Positions 17,212 through 25,881 are shown, counted from the first letter of the stretch. The stretch is 60,999 nt of DNA from a virus (IMGVR_UViG_3300044568_003707:1-60999), one strand, 5' to 3'. The notes: generated by a model from the letters alone, not told the origin. Translations and numbers: made by a program.

Positions 17212-18282
17212 ATGAGCAAAATCACTATTCAAAATCTAGCCGAAAGATTGTCGGCAGTTGAAGCAAAATTAGCCACGCTTTCTGACCTGCAAGTCAGCGG
17301 CGTTGATGCATCAAGCATCCAAGAACTGGACATTCGTTTGTCCATCGTTGAACGTACCGTAGATGAACTGATCGCAAAACCTGCCGCTGACGCAGTTGCT
17401 GCATTGGTAGCTGCACCGGCGGATGAAGCACCAACAGCTGTAGCAAGTGTTGTGGCATTGAGTCCATCAGCCACAGTTCCAGACGCCGCTGCAATTGTAT
17501 CTGAAGTTATAGCAGCACAAGCTGCTGTTGACGCGCCAGAATCGCAAGAAGTTAATGATGTTGTTGTCGCTGCAATTACTGCAATTCTTACTGCTCCTGC
17601 TGATGTTGTAACAGACACAGAAGCTCTGATTGAAGCCATCACCGACGCTGTTGCCGAAGTTGCAACAATTGCTGATGCAACAGTAGCACAATCCGCTGCT
17701 GACGCAGTTGCTCAAATCATTGAAACCGCAACAGGTGAAGCACCAACAGCAGATGTGATTGAACAAATCACAGATGCTGTAGCATCTTGCCCAGTTGAAG
17801 CCGCTGTATCCGAAGTTATTACATCCGAAGCAGCACCAGATGCCGTGGTGGATACGCTCGTTGAAAATATTGTTGCTGACAGCCCAAGCGCCGATGTATC
17901 AGCCGCAGCCGATATCGTGAGTTTGGTCGTTGAATCTGTTGTCACAGCTGATGCCGAAACACAACCAGACGTTGTTGCAGCAGTTGCCGCAGCCGTTGCC
18001 GCAGTTGTTAATGCCGAACCAGAAGTGGTGCAAGACGCAGAAGCCATCACAGAAGCAATCACAGCCGCTGTTGCCGAATTGTCAGCACCAGAATCAGCTG
18101 ATGTGCAAGCCGACGTAGCGGATGCAGTTGCTCAAATTATTGCCACCGCAACCAACGTAGAAGAAGTTACGGATGCAGTTCAAGCTCAAATCGAAGAAGC
18201 CGTTGCCGCTGATCCAGAACTAGAAGTTATCAATAGCCGTTTGACGGAGGTTGAAGAAAAAGTTGGTCTGCTGGGAAAATAG
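17212..18282 (+). CDS. Acidic Ala/Val-rich repeat protein with terminal coiled coils; probable -1 frameshift extension to 18356
   Basis: Two ~100-aa internal repeats (SPSA..AA.IVS...EAIT.AVAE...ADAVAQII.TAT); ends CTG GGA AAA TAG. Confidence 0.85.
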   Translation: MSKITIQNLAERLSAVEAKLATLSDLQVSGVDASSIQELDIRLSIVERTVDELIAKPAADAVAALVAAPADEAPTAVASVVALSPSATVPDAAAIVSEVIAAQAAVDAPESQEVNDVVVAAITAILTAPADVVTDTEALIEAITDAVAEVATIADATVAQSAADAVAQIIETATGEAPTADVIEQITDAVASCPVEAAVSEVITSEAAPDAVVDTLVENIVADSPSADVSAAADIVSLVVESVVTADAETQPDVVAAVAAAVAAVVNAEPEVVQDAEAITEAITAAVAELSAPESADVQADVADAVAQIIATATNVEEVTDAVQAQIEEAVAADPELEVINSRLTEVEEKVGLLGK

Positions 18283-18369
18283 GTTCCAGCGTAGGACAGA
18301 TGACAGAGAATATAATGTCCACTGTCAAACGCTGGTTTAAAAACTGGTCAGTGTAATCAAAACTCAAAG

Positions 18370-18393
18370 GCTCCAGAAATGGAGCCTTTTTTT
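18370..18393 (+). terminator. Intrinsic terminator
   Basis: GGCTCCA-GAAA-TGGAGCC followed by a T tract. Confidence 0.85.
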
Positions 18394-18555
18394 ATTTACT
18401 ATATGTATATTTATCTATATATGCAAAGCAATGAATTTTCAAAAATGACTCATCGTGAATTTGACCAAACCGGAACTGGTTGGAGAAAATTTGGTGATGA
18501 TCATAAAGCTTCTATCAAAGCTATTTTTCAATTTGCTTTATACATATGTTTATAC

Positions 18556-18647
18556 GGAAGCGTGGGTGAGTGGATAAAAATCGCCTGTCTTGAAAACAGG
18601 AATCGGTTAATAGCCGGTCGCAGGTTCGAATCCTGCCGCTTCCGCCA
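18556..18647 (+). tRNA. tRNA-Ser(TGA)
   Basis: CCTGT-CTTGAAA-ACAGG; long variable arm; CCA. Confidence 0.92.
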
Positions 18648-18653
18648 ATTTTT

Positions 18654-18728
18654 GCAGCATAAACATAAATGGTGATGTGCAAGTTTCGTAAACTTGAAAA
18701 CCGAGTTCGATTCTCGGATGCTGCTCCA
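18654..18728 (+). tRNA. tRNA-Thr(CGT)
   Basis: CAAGT-TTCGTAA-ACTTG; CCA. Confidence 0.92.
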
Positions 18729-18773
18729 TATTGGTATATTATAAGTTCATATATACTATACTTATTGGTAGCT

Positions 18774-19448
18774 ATGGCTACTAATAATATAACACTAAAC
18801 GGTCAGACATTCAACAAATCTGACTCATTCAATCCAAACACAGAAAATCTACAAACAGATGGTCTTTCTGTGCTTTGTTTCAGTCAAAATGATGATTCTA
18901 AAGTAAATGACTGTATCATAGATGGTCAAGATGCACGCTGGGGAGGCAAAGCCTCATTAACATTTGGTCTTGAATATAATAGATGCACATTCAAGAATGG
19001 CACTGCACGAGCATTTGATATGGTGCGTGGTGGCAATGTTACATTTACTGAATGTATATTTGAAAATACTGTACGCAAGCCTGTAGCATCACAGTATACT
19101 ATAGCAGAACAATGCGACATTGGTATAAAAGGTGGTGTACATGATGTAACATTTCACAGTTGCATATTCAATGATATTTTAATAGGTGATTATAGCATAT
19201 ATGATCAACAAGATCGTCCAAAAGCTCGTCGCTTTACTTTCATCAATTGTAAAAATAAAGATGGTGGACCAATCATTATTCGTGGCAAATATGTTGATAA
19301 AGATTCTATTAATCTTGTTGGTACACAAGCAAAAATGTGGGTTTGGCCGTCATTTTTAACCAAACTATATTGGATGTTTAATCGCAAGTTTGGTGACACT
19401 CGCAAACCAGATGGTTGGAATGTATATGATCATAGAGAGTTGGACTAA
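18774..19448 (+). CDS. Right-handed beta-helix-like protein
   Basis: Repeated V/F-x-x-C-x-F units (NRCTF, TECIF, HSCIF); start moved downstream of tRNA-Thr. Confidence 0.65.
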   Translation: MATNNITLNGQTFNKSDSFNPNTENLQTDGLSVLCFSQNDDSKVNDCIIDGQDARWGGKASLTFGLEYNRCTFKNGTARAFDMVRGGNVTFTECIFENTVRKPVASQYTIAEQCDIGIKGGVHDVTFHSCIFNDILIGDYSIYDQQDRPKARRFTFINCKNKDGGPIIIRGKYVDKDSINLVGTQAKMWVWPSFLTKLYWMFNRKFGDTRKPDGWNVYDHRELD

Positions 19449-19554
19449 AACATAACATCGCAGTTTTTATATAAAAATTTAACTTGCCAAATTGGTAAGC
19501 GTGTATCATATTTATCGGTTCAAACGTCTAAAGACGAAAACTAAATAATAAAAT

Positions 19555-21528
19555 ATGAAATATAATAACACACAAAATAACTCGCTGCTTGTGAAGCTCT
19601 TTGCTTCTATGATGCTGTTTGTGGTCGCTGTGACCAGTGTATTTGCCATTCCGGGCATTACATCCACAAACCTACAAACAACGGCGGGTGTAACAGTTAC
19701 AGGTGCAGGTACTACTCTTAGTATCGTCGCCCCAAACAAGTCTGTGCTTACATGGCAGAACTTTGGAAGTGGCACGGATACTATTGCTATTGGAGATGCA
19801 CTAAACTATACACTTCCTTCCAATAATGCATCCGTACTAAACATTGTTGCTGGTGGAGCATCTTCAACCATCAACGGTACACTTTCCTCTAACGGTAATG
19901 TATATGTTCTGAATCCAAATGGCATTTTGATTGGTGGCAGTGCCCGAATTGATGTCAACCGTTTGGGCTTGAGCACATCCGACAATCCATCATTTGCTAG
20001 TTTTTATTTCCAGCAAAATGGATTTCTTCCGTCCCAAGACGGACTGGTTCCTGTTGCTGGTAATACAACCATCAACAATGGTGCAATCATCTCAGTAAGC
20101 GAAAACATTACTCTTGTTTCCAAGAACGTCACAATCAATGGTGTATTGTCTCAAGGAAATCTTGTGCTCAATGCTGATGGTAATGTTACTGTGGGTTCTG
20201 CTGGTATGGCTTATATCGCTGGCAATTTGACTATCAATAATCCAACTGGAACAACTACAATTGGTTCTGCTGGCAACAACACAATTATCACCAATAACCT
20301 AGTGGTCAATGGAAATTCTACAAGTGCGTTTTCTTCGGTTGCTACTGGCACAATACAAGCCAAGACGCTGAACGTCACGGCTGGAACAATTCTAGCCGAT
20401 CGTATCAGCACAAGCAACACAACCGTAACTGGCACAAACGTCACTGTTAATGTTGGTTCTGGTGCTGGTACGCCTTCTGTTACCGCAGTTGGTAATGGCA
20501 CAGTACAAATATCCGCTCCCGCATCTCTTGCCGTAAATGTCACCAATTCTGGTGTTGGTGCAACTAGCGTATCTGCTGGTGGCAATTTGATATTGGGCAA
20601 GGTGCAAGTTGAAGGTTTGGCTGGTGCTTCTTTTACTGGTGCCGCCGTGACTGACACTTCGTCCAGAATATTTGTTTATGGTGGTGCTGCGTTCACTGCA
20701 ACTGCTGGGAATGTCAATATCGACAAAGGACAACACAGTTTTGGTCCAGTTAGCGTATCCGCTACTGGCGAAGCCTTGATCTTTGAAGACGCTGCCACAC
20801 AGCTGAACGTTGTCAACACTCCAAAGCTAACATTGCGTTCCGCTGATTATGTTTTTCAAACTCCGACAACTGGTGTAGTTAATAGTGCATTGGTGTCTGT
20901 TGTGGGTGCTGGAAATATAACACTTGGTGCAGCCACAAACTCCGTTGGAAATTACACAATCACCGGAAACGATGTTGTGGTTGCCAACAACGGCGCATTG
21001 TCTATCTCCACGACTGCAACTGGTAACGCCTCCGTTACATCAACGGGTGCAGTAAATCTCGGTGGAACAACCGCAGGTGGCACACTAACAGTTACTTCTG
21101 CTGGAGCAATCACTCAAGCAGTTGATACCAAAGTCAGTTCGTTTGGATCTGTTCGTTTTGTTGGAACTGGATTGACACTATCAAATGCTGGCAACGGCTT
21201 TGGTGGCATCACAGTTGATGTTGGTACTGCCGGTACTGCCACACTCACAGAAGAAACAACTCTAAACCTCGTTTCTCTTCGCGCTGCTAATGCAACGGTG
21301 AAAAGTACATTTGATGTTATCACTACTGGTACATTGCCAGTAGTCGCTGATACATTCAATGTTGTTGTTGGTGGGGATTTTGTTCCTGCTGCAAACTTCC
21401 GCGCTGTCAATGGTATTACAGTATTGTCTGGTGGAAATGTTGACTTGAGCAATTTGAGTTTGATCACAAACTTGAATAACAAGAGCCCAAGCATCATTGC
21501 CAAGGGATACAAGGCTCCACAGCCATAA
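19555..21528 (+). CDS. Filamentous haemagglutinin-like (TpsA) exoprotein
   Basis: Signal peptide; TPS domain (LTWQNF, SVLNIV, STINGTL.SNGNVYVLNPNGI); G/T/N/V-rich beta-helix. Confidence 0.85.
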   Translation: MKYNNTQNNSLLVKLFASMMLFVVAVTSVFAIPGITSTNLQTTAGVTVTGAGTTLSIVAPNKSVLTWQNFGSGTDTIAIGDALNYTLPSNNASVLNIVAGGASSTINGTLSSNGNVYVLNPNGILIGGSARIDVNRLGLSTSDNPSFASFYFQQNGFLPSQDGLVPVAGNTTINNGAIISVSENITLVSKNVTINGVLSQGNLVLNADGNVTVGSAGMAYIAGNLTINNPTGTTTIGSAGNNTIITNNLVVNGNSTSAFSSVATGTIQAKTLNVTAGTILADRISTSNTTVTGTNVTVNVGSGAGTPSVTAVGNGTVQISAPASLAVNVTNSGVGATSVSAGGNLILGKVQVEGLAGASFTGAAVTDTSSRIFVYGGAAFTATAGNVNIDKGQHSFGPVSVSATGEALIFEDAATQLNVVNTPKLTLRSADYVFQTPTTGVVNSALVSVVGAGNITLGAATNSVGNYTITGNDVVVANNGALSISTTATGNASVTSTGAVNLGGTTAGGTLTVTSAGAITQAVDTKVSSFGSVRFVGTGLTLSNAGNGFGGITVDVGTAGTATLTEETTLNLVSLRAANATVKSTFDVITTGTLPVVADTFNVVVGGDFVPAANFRAVNGITVLSGGNVDLSNLSLITNLNNKSPSIIAKGYKAPQP

Positions 21529-21552
21529 TAGATATTATAAAGTGTATACTTC

Positions 21553-21583
21553 AAAAACCCAACCGTAAATGGTTGGGTTTTTT
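21553..21583 (+). terminator. Intrinsic terminator
   Basis: AAAAACCCAACC-GTAAAT-GGTTGGGTTTTT. Confidence 0.85.
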
Positions 21584-21612
21584 GTTATGTTCATATATAT
21601 TTATAATAACTT

Positions 21613-21864
21613 ATGAAGAAATCAGAACTCAAAAATCTTATCAAAGAAGTGATGGATGAAGTAGTAGAACTTAATCCAGAAAAGCAAGAACAAATGACAA
21701 CCACACAGTTGAATGGGTTGAATCAAAAATCTGAAAAAATGCTAGAAATAATGAAATCAAGTGATGTTAAGTTGGAACCTTGGATGATTGATCTTATCAG
21801 TCAAGCATATCACAACATTGATGCTGTTGCCAACAAACTGATGTTTGGTGATAAAAAAGATTAA
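21613..21864 (+). CDS. Hypothetical protein
   Basis: MKKSELKNLIKE N-terminus; preceded by TATATTTAT. Confidence 0.75.
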   Translation: MKKSELKNLIKEVMDEVVELNPEKQEQMTTTQLNGLNQKSEKMLEIMKSSDVKLEPWMIDLISQAYHNIDAVANKLMFGDKKD

Positions 21865-21916
21865 GAAAGTTATTGACTTTAGATAAAATTCTGCCACGAT
21901 CTTAATCAAGAAAAGG

Positions 21917-21990
21917 GTGGAGTGAAAATGACTCCACGGTGGGACGGCTTGAATCCACCGAAGGACACGAACCGCAATATGTGCCTTCCT
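21917..21990 (+). ncRNA. Three-hairpin structured RNA, unknown
   Basis: GTGGAGT/ACTCCAC, GGTGG/CCACC and GAAGG..CAC/GTG.CCTTC, downstream of a TTGACT promoter-like site at 21874. Confidence 0.45.
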
Positions 21991-22026
21991 CTAGCTTCTT
22001 TTGTTTTTTGAAAGTATTTAGTTTTT

Positions 22027-22102
22027 CCTCTTGTAGCTCAATGGTTAGAGCGGGTGCTTTATAGGCGCAGGGTTGTGGGTTCAAGTCCTACCAGGAGGAC
22101 CA
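22027..22102 (+). tRNA. tRNA-Ile(TAT)
   Basis: Loop TTTATAG; canonical D and T arms; CCA. Confidence 0.9.
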
Positions 22103-22104
22103 AT

Positions 22105-22362
22105 TTTGAGAATAAAAAAGGCACTTGGCCCGATGATAATTGTGACGCTTGCAACCTCGCTAGAGGGAACTTAGTAAGCAAGCTGCGTCAGTCCGAAAGG
22201 GTTGGTCGTCTAACTACGAGGTAATGCTCATCTTAGATGTAGATGTACAAGCACATCGTATAATAGCAGAGTTTCAGCACAGCCAAGAGGTAGAATGTCT
22301 GGCGGTTGATAGACACCTACTGAAACATCATCATTCTAGGTTAGCAACTAGGTATTCTCAAA
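22105..22362 (+). ncRNA. Large structured RNA, unknown (~260 nt)
   Basis: 10-bp closing stem TTTGAGAATA/TATTCTCAAA; helices TGACGC/GCGTCA, CTTGGC/GCCAAG, GTTTCAG/CTGAAAC, CTAG/CTAG. Confidence 0.55.
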
Positions 22363-22462
22363 TATTTTATTAGATTTTTAGCAAAGAGTAACTAGTATAG
22401 TATTCAACTTGATTCCAAACCAAGCCAAAATATTGTGTGAACTAGTTTACTCGGCTATTTAT

Positions 22463-22538
22463 GGTAGTGAGGTCGATTGGTTAAGGCAGCGGTTTCATAC
22501 GCCGTTCTATGTGGGTTCAATTCCCACCACTACTTCCA
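22463..22538 (+). tRNA. tRNA-Met(CAT)
   Basis: GCGGT-TTCATAC-GCCGT; CCA. Confidence 0.88.
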
Positions 22539-22546
22539 TTTTTAAT

Positions 22547-22622
22547 GCCGCCGAAGTTCATATGGGTGAACAATTCATTGGTAATGAATAAGAAGTTGGT
22601 CCGATTCCAACCGGTGGCTCCA
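22547..22622 (+). tRNA. tRNA-Thr(GGT)
   Basis: ATTCA-TTGGTAA-TGAAT; CCA. Confidence 0.88.
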
Positions 22623-22783
22623 TTTATTGTATATTGACACATATGTATTATTGAGTAATATAATCACAATATTAAAAATGAGTGAACTAGATCTACTAAG
22701 AATTCTTCCAAAAGAACAATTTACAGAATATAAAGGAAAATGTATACAGGTTCGTGATCTAATAAAGATACTTGAAAAACAGA

Positions 22784-23209
22784 ATGAAAAAAATACTAAT
22801 AATGGGATTACCCGGCGCAGGAAAAACAACACTGGCAACTGAGTTAGCAAGTACATTAAATGCAGTTCATTTTAACGCTGACGAAATTCGTAAAGAAATC
22901 AATAAAGATTTGACGTTTAGTATACAAGATAGAATAGAACAAGCACGTCGTATGAAAGTGTTGTGTGATATTGTTGTTAGGTCTGGAAATTATGCTATAG
23001 CAGATTTTGTATGTCCAACAAAACAAGCACAAGATGTATTTATAACAGAAGATACATATGTTGTTTGGGTTGATAGAACAAAGGTTGGTAGATATGAAGA
23101 CACCAACAAACTGTTTCATCCTCCAGAGAATTTTGATATGATAGTCAATGAATATGGATCTCCAAAATTTTGGTCGCTATTGATTGCTGACGAACTGCAA
23201 GCACACTAA
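22784..23209 (+). CDS. Adenylylsulfate kinase-like P-loop kinase
   Basis: GLPGAGKTT; NADEIR; FS.QDR.EQARR; ADFVCP. Confidence 0.8.
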   Translation: MKKILIMGLPGAGKTTLATELASTLNAVHFNADEIRKEINKDLTFSIQDRIEQARRMKVLCDIVVRSGNYAIADFVCPTKQAQDVFITEDTYVVWVDRTKVGRYEDTNKLFHPPENFDMIVNEYGSPKFWSLLIADELQAH

Positions 23210-23264
23210 TTGATATATATTATATCTTTTGGGCATATATATTATATGTATTTCTATATAATAT

Positions 23265-23921
23265 ATGGCAAAAAAGATCAAAGTTAAACCGACTGATATA
23301 ATAAATAGTCCTCTGTTTGCTGGAGTGCCGCCGAAATTTGTAAAAAAAGCGGCTACTTTTTGTGAAGTAAAAGAGTATAGTGCTGGTTCATTTATAATAA
23401 ATGAAGGTGAAAAAGGAGACTTTATGTTTATTATACTTGAAGGCGAAGTAAATGTGCTAAAAGGACCAAAGAAGATGAAATTAGCCACACTTGGCAAAGG
23501 TGTATTTTTGGGAGAAGGTGCATTGGTTAGTAGATCACCAAGAAATGCAAGTATTGTAGCAAATAGCAGTGTTAAACTTGCTGTATTTGATCAAAATGGA
23601 TTTGATAAATTATCTGTTATGCATCCATGTATTCCTGTAACAATGATGAATATACACAATGAGCGATGCAAAGACACAGTGCGTAAACTCAATATAGTAA
23701 AATCAAAAGAATTTATATTGATGGCAGCAGTTGGATTGGTGTTGCTTGTAAAAAATTCACATAGTATACTTCCAATGAATCTACATGATATTGCAGATCA
23801 AATTGCAAGCTATATTCCAGATCAAGTTATGGCATTGGGTGGTCCAGCAGCAGCAGCAATTGGATTGAAATTAAAACAAATGGAAATGGGTGACATTGTT
23901 TCTAAATTAGATAAGATTTGA
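23265..23921 (+). CDS. Cyclic-nucleotide-binding domain protein with hydrophobic C-terminus
   Basis: IINEGEKGDFMFIILEGEV; FLGEGAL..SPRNASIVA. Confidence 0.88.
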   Translation: MAKKIKVKPTDIINSPLFAGVPPKFVKKAATFCEVKEYSAGSFIINEGEKGDFMFIILEGEVNVLKGPKKMKLATLGKGVFLGEGALVSRSPRNASIVANSSVKLAVFDQNGFDKLSVMHPCIPVTMMNIHNERCKDTVRKLNIVKSKEFILMAAVGLVLLVKNSHSILPMNLHDIADQIASYIPDQVMALGGPAAAAIGLKLKQMEMGDIVSKLDKI

Positions 23922-23981
23922 TAGTTTGTAGTTGACCAGAACAATATAATGTGTATAGTTATGTTTGTTCTTTTGAAATAT

Positions 23982-24065
23982 GGTCGGGTGATGGAATGGC
24001 AGACATGAAAGTCTTAGAAGCTTTTGCCGCAAGGCGTATGGGTTCAAGTCCCTTCTCGACCACCA
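23982..24065 (+). tRNA. tRNA-Leu(TAG), long variable arm
   Basis: AAAGT-CTTAGAA-GCTTT; CCA; preceded by a promoter-like site and boxA-like GTTCTTTTGAAA. Confidence 0.92.
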
Positions 24066-24075
24066 ATTTAAATAC

Positions 24076-24303
24076 TTTTTTCTGGTAGTAAATTCTTTGA
24101 GGTTCGTCGCCTCATTTACTGGCTGATATACAATGACAAAATCGTGGTTATTATTGATTGAAATGAAACGACTTCCGACACGCGGGTCTGATATAATAGT
24201 TAGATTAGAGTCCTTGAGGTAATAACTTGATTGTATATCAAAGGAGAGCATAACTGCGGTGCCATAACTTGGGATGACCAACCCAACGCGCAGTCAGAAA
24301 AAA
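24076..24303 (+). ncRNA. Large structured RNA, unknown (~230 nt)
   Basis: Closing stem TTTTTCTG/CAGAAAAA; helices TGATATACAAT/ATTGTATATCA, AGTAAA/TTTACT, CTGCG/CGCAG. Confidence 0.5.
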
Positions 24304-24306
24304 AAT

Positions 24307-24382
24307 AAGTGCTGACATTGGGGATGACTCACCTGCTGATGAACCAATGGCGCGGAGACGCAGGTCACTACCGCCAGCACTT
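24307..24382 (+). ncRNA. Small pseudoknot-capable RNA
   Basis: AAGTGCTG/CAGCACTT; CATTGG/CCAATG; loop ACCTGC complementary to downstream GCAGGT. Confidence 0.45.
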
Positions 24383-24390
24383 CACTTTAT

Positions 24391-24509
24391 GGCAGAGTGG
24401 CGCAATTGGCTGACGCGGTTGACTCTTTCCAGTTATTGTGAATAACGATGACTGGCAAAAATCAACTGTCTTAACGACACTGTGGGTTCGAACCCCACCT
24501 CTGCTACCA
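24391..24509 (+). tRNA. tRNA-Leu (probably CAA) with 32-nt hairpin insertion in the anticodon loop
   Basis: Otherwise canonical Leu tRNA (long variable arm, A73, CCA); stem GTTGA/TCAAC encloses 39 nt instead of 7. Confidence 0.8.
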
Positions 24510-24512
24510 AAA

Positions 24513-25199
24513 ATGAATTACACCAATGAACAAATTTTTCTATATGGTTCTACAATTGGAACAAGTACTCTGAGAAAGAGAATTATACAGCATAAACTCA
24601 AAGAATATCAATGTGAGATATGTAAGATAGATGATTGGAACAACAATTCAATCAGTTTACAACTTGACCACAAAGATGGTGATAGAAAAAACAACATATT
24701 AGATAATCTTAGATGGCTCTGTCCAAATTGCCATTCCCAAACTCCAACATTTTGTTCAAAAAATATTAAAGTTAAACGTTTCTCGGATGAACAAATATTG
24801 GAAGAGTGTAAGAAACAAAAAAATATTAGGGGTGTTGTATTGGCGATTGGGTGTAATGTTCGTTTGTATGGTAGAATAAAAAGAATTGCGGATGAAAATG
24901 GAATAGCATTTGAACAACCATATGGTACAGGTAGAATTTCCAGAGAGAGAAAAGTTCCAATTGGATTTGATGCAAAAAACAAATCTAAAGAATGGAAAGC
25001 AAAGATTGGATATTCTAATAGAAGAACAACTTGGCCAACAAAAGAAGTATTGACAAATCTCGTTGATTCTGTTCCAATTGAAACCATCGGAAATCAATAT
25101 GGAGTATCTGGAAATGCTGTTAAAAAGTGGTGTAATTTCTACGAAATAGAAACCAAACCGTCTGGATACTGGCAGAAGAAAAAATTTGGAAAAATTTAA
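24513..25199 (+). CDS. HNH homing endonuclease with C-terminal HTH
   Basis: CEIC...LQLDHKDGDRKNNILDNLRWLCPNCHSQT; IGNQYGVSGNAVKKW. Confidence 0.9.
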   Translation: MNYTNEQIFLYGSTIGTSTLRKRIIQHKLKEYQCEICKIDDWNNNSISLQLDHKDGDRKNNILDNLRWLCPNCHSQTPTFCSKNIKVKRFSDEQILEECKKQKNIRGVVLAIGCNVRLYGRIKRIADENGIAFEQPYGTGRISRERKVPIGFDAKNKSKEWKAKIGYSNRRTTWPTKEVLTNLVDSVPIETIGNQYGVSGNAVKKWCNFYEIETKPSGYWQKKKFGKI

Positions 25200-25212
25200 T
25201 TATAATAATTCA

Positions 25213-25389
25213 ATGAAAACTAAACTACCAAAACAAATCATTCGTATTGATGACGGTGAAGTATTTTCATTGAATGAAAATGGAACATATTCGCTTGAAA
25301 TGATGAAACAAAAATTCCCCAATCATTTGTACAATGAATACACATATGAAGTTTTGATGGAAAATTTCAAAGGATGCTTTAGACACTAA
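25213..25389 (+). CDS. Hypothetical protein
   Basis: MKTKLPKQIIRIDDG... Confidence 0.55.
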   Translation: MKTKLPKQIIRIDDGEVFSLNENGTYSLEMMKQKFPNHLYNEYTYEVLMENFKGCFRH

Positions 25390-25396
25390 TAATTTT

Positions 25397-25570
25397 ATGG
25401 ATATTCAAAACACAACAAACTATGATGCTGGAAAAATTGCAAAGCGTGAAGCAATGCGTAAAGAATTAAAACGTATGAAGATGCAACATATGATTGAACT
25501 AAATCAAACTATCGGTGAAAAAGCTGATGTTGTTGCAAAAAGATGGATTGCTGAGTTGAAACAAAAATAA
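25397..25570 (+). CDS. Hypothetical protein (57 aa, below track cutoff)
   Basis: MDIQNTTNYDAGKIAKREAMRKELK...; fills the gap before tRNA-Leu. Confidence 0.55.
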   Translation: MDIQNTTNYDAGKIAKREAMRKELKRMKMQHMIELNQTIGEKADVVAKRWIAELKQK

Positions 25571-25580
25571 TTTTAGATAT

Positions 25581-25666
25581 GGGCATATGGCGTAATGGTA
25601 GCCGCAGCAGACTTAAAATCTGTTTCTCGTAAGAGAGTATCGGTTCGAGTCCGATTATGCCCACCA
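25581..25666 (+). tRNA. tRNA-Leu(TAA)
   Basis: GCAGA-CTTAAAA-TCTGT; long variable arm; CCA. Confidence 0.93.
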
Positions 25667-25675
25667 ATTTATAAT

Positions 25676-25873
25676 ATGAAAACTTTAAAAGTTAAGAAAA
25701 AAGAATTTAAAAAAGCACTCAATGAATTGTGCCATAAACATAACGTCATTATTGATGACTCATTTACTATTGTATATACACGAAAAAAATATTGGGACGT
25801 TTCTCGCGTTGAAGTAAATACTCATCCATATAAAAGTGTATCGGATGTTGGAATGAAACTTTTACATAAATAA
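25676..25873 (+). CDS. Hypothetical protein
   Basis: MKTLKVKKKEF...; start moved downstream of the tRNA. Confidence 0.55.
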   Translation: MKTLKVKKKEFKKALNELCHKHNVIIDDSFTIVYTRKKYWDVSRVEVNTHPYKSVSDVGMKLLHK

Positions 25874-25881
25874 TTTATAAT

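Noticed and set aside
24330-24365. CTGATGA suggesting a hammerhead ribozyme
   Set aside because: No properly placed stem II-GAAA partner or NUH site; kept only as an unknown structured RNA.
24423-24461. Amber suppressor tRNA and TAG recoding
   Set aside because: CTA is only one possible junction. Long genes have no in-frame TAG, and TAG ends at 8917, 40928 and 56527 look like natural termini.
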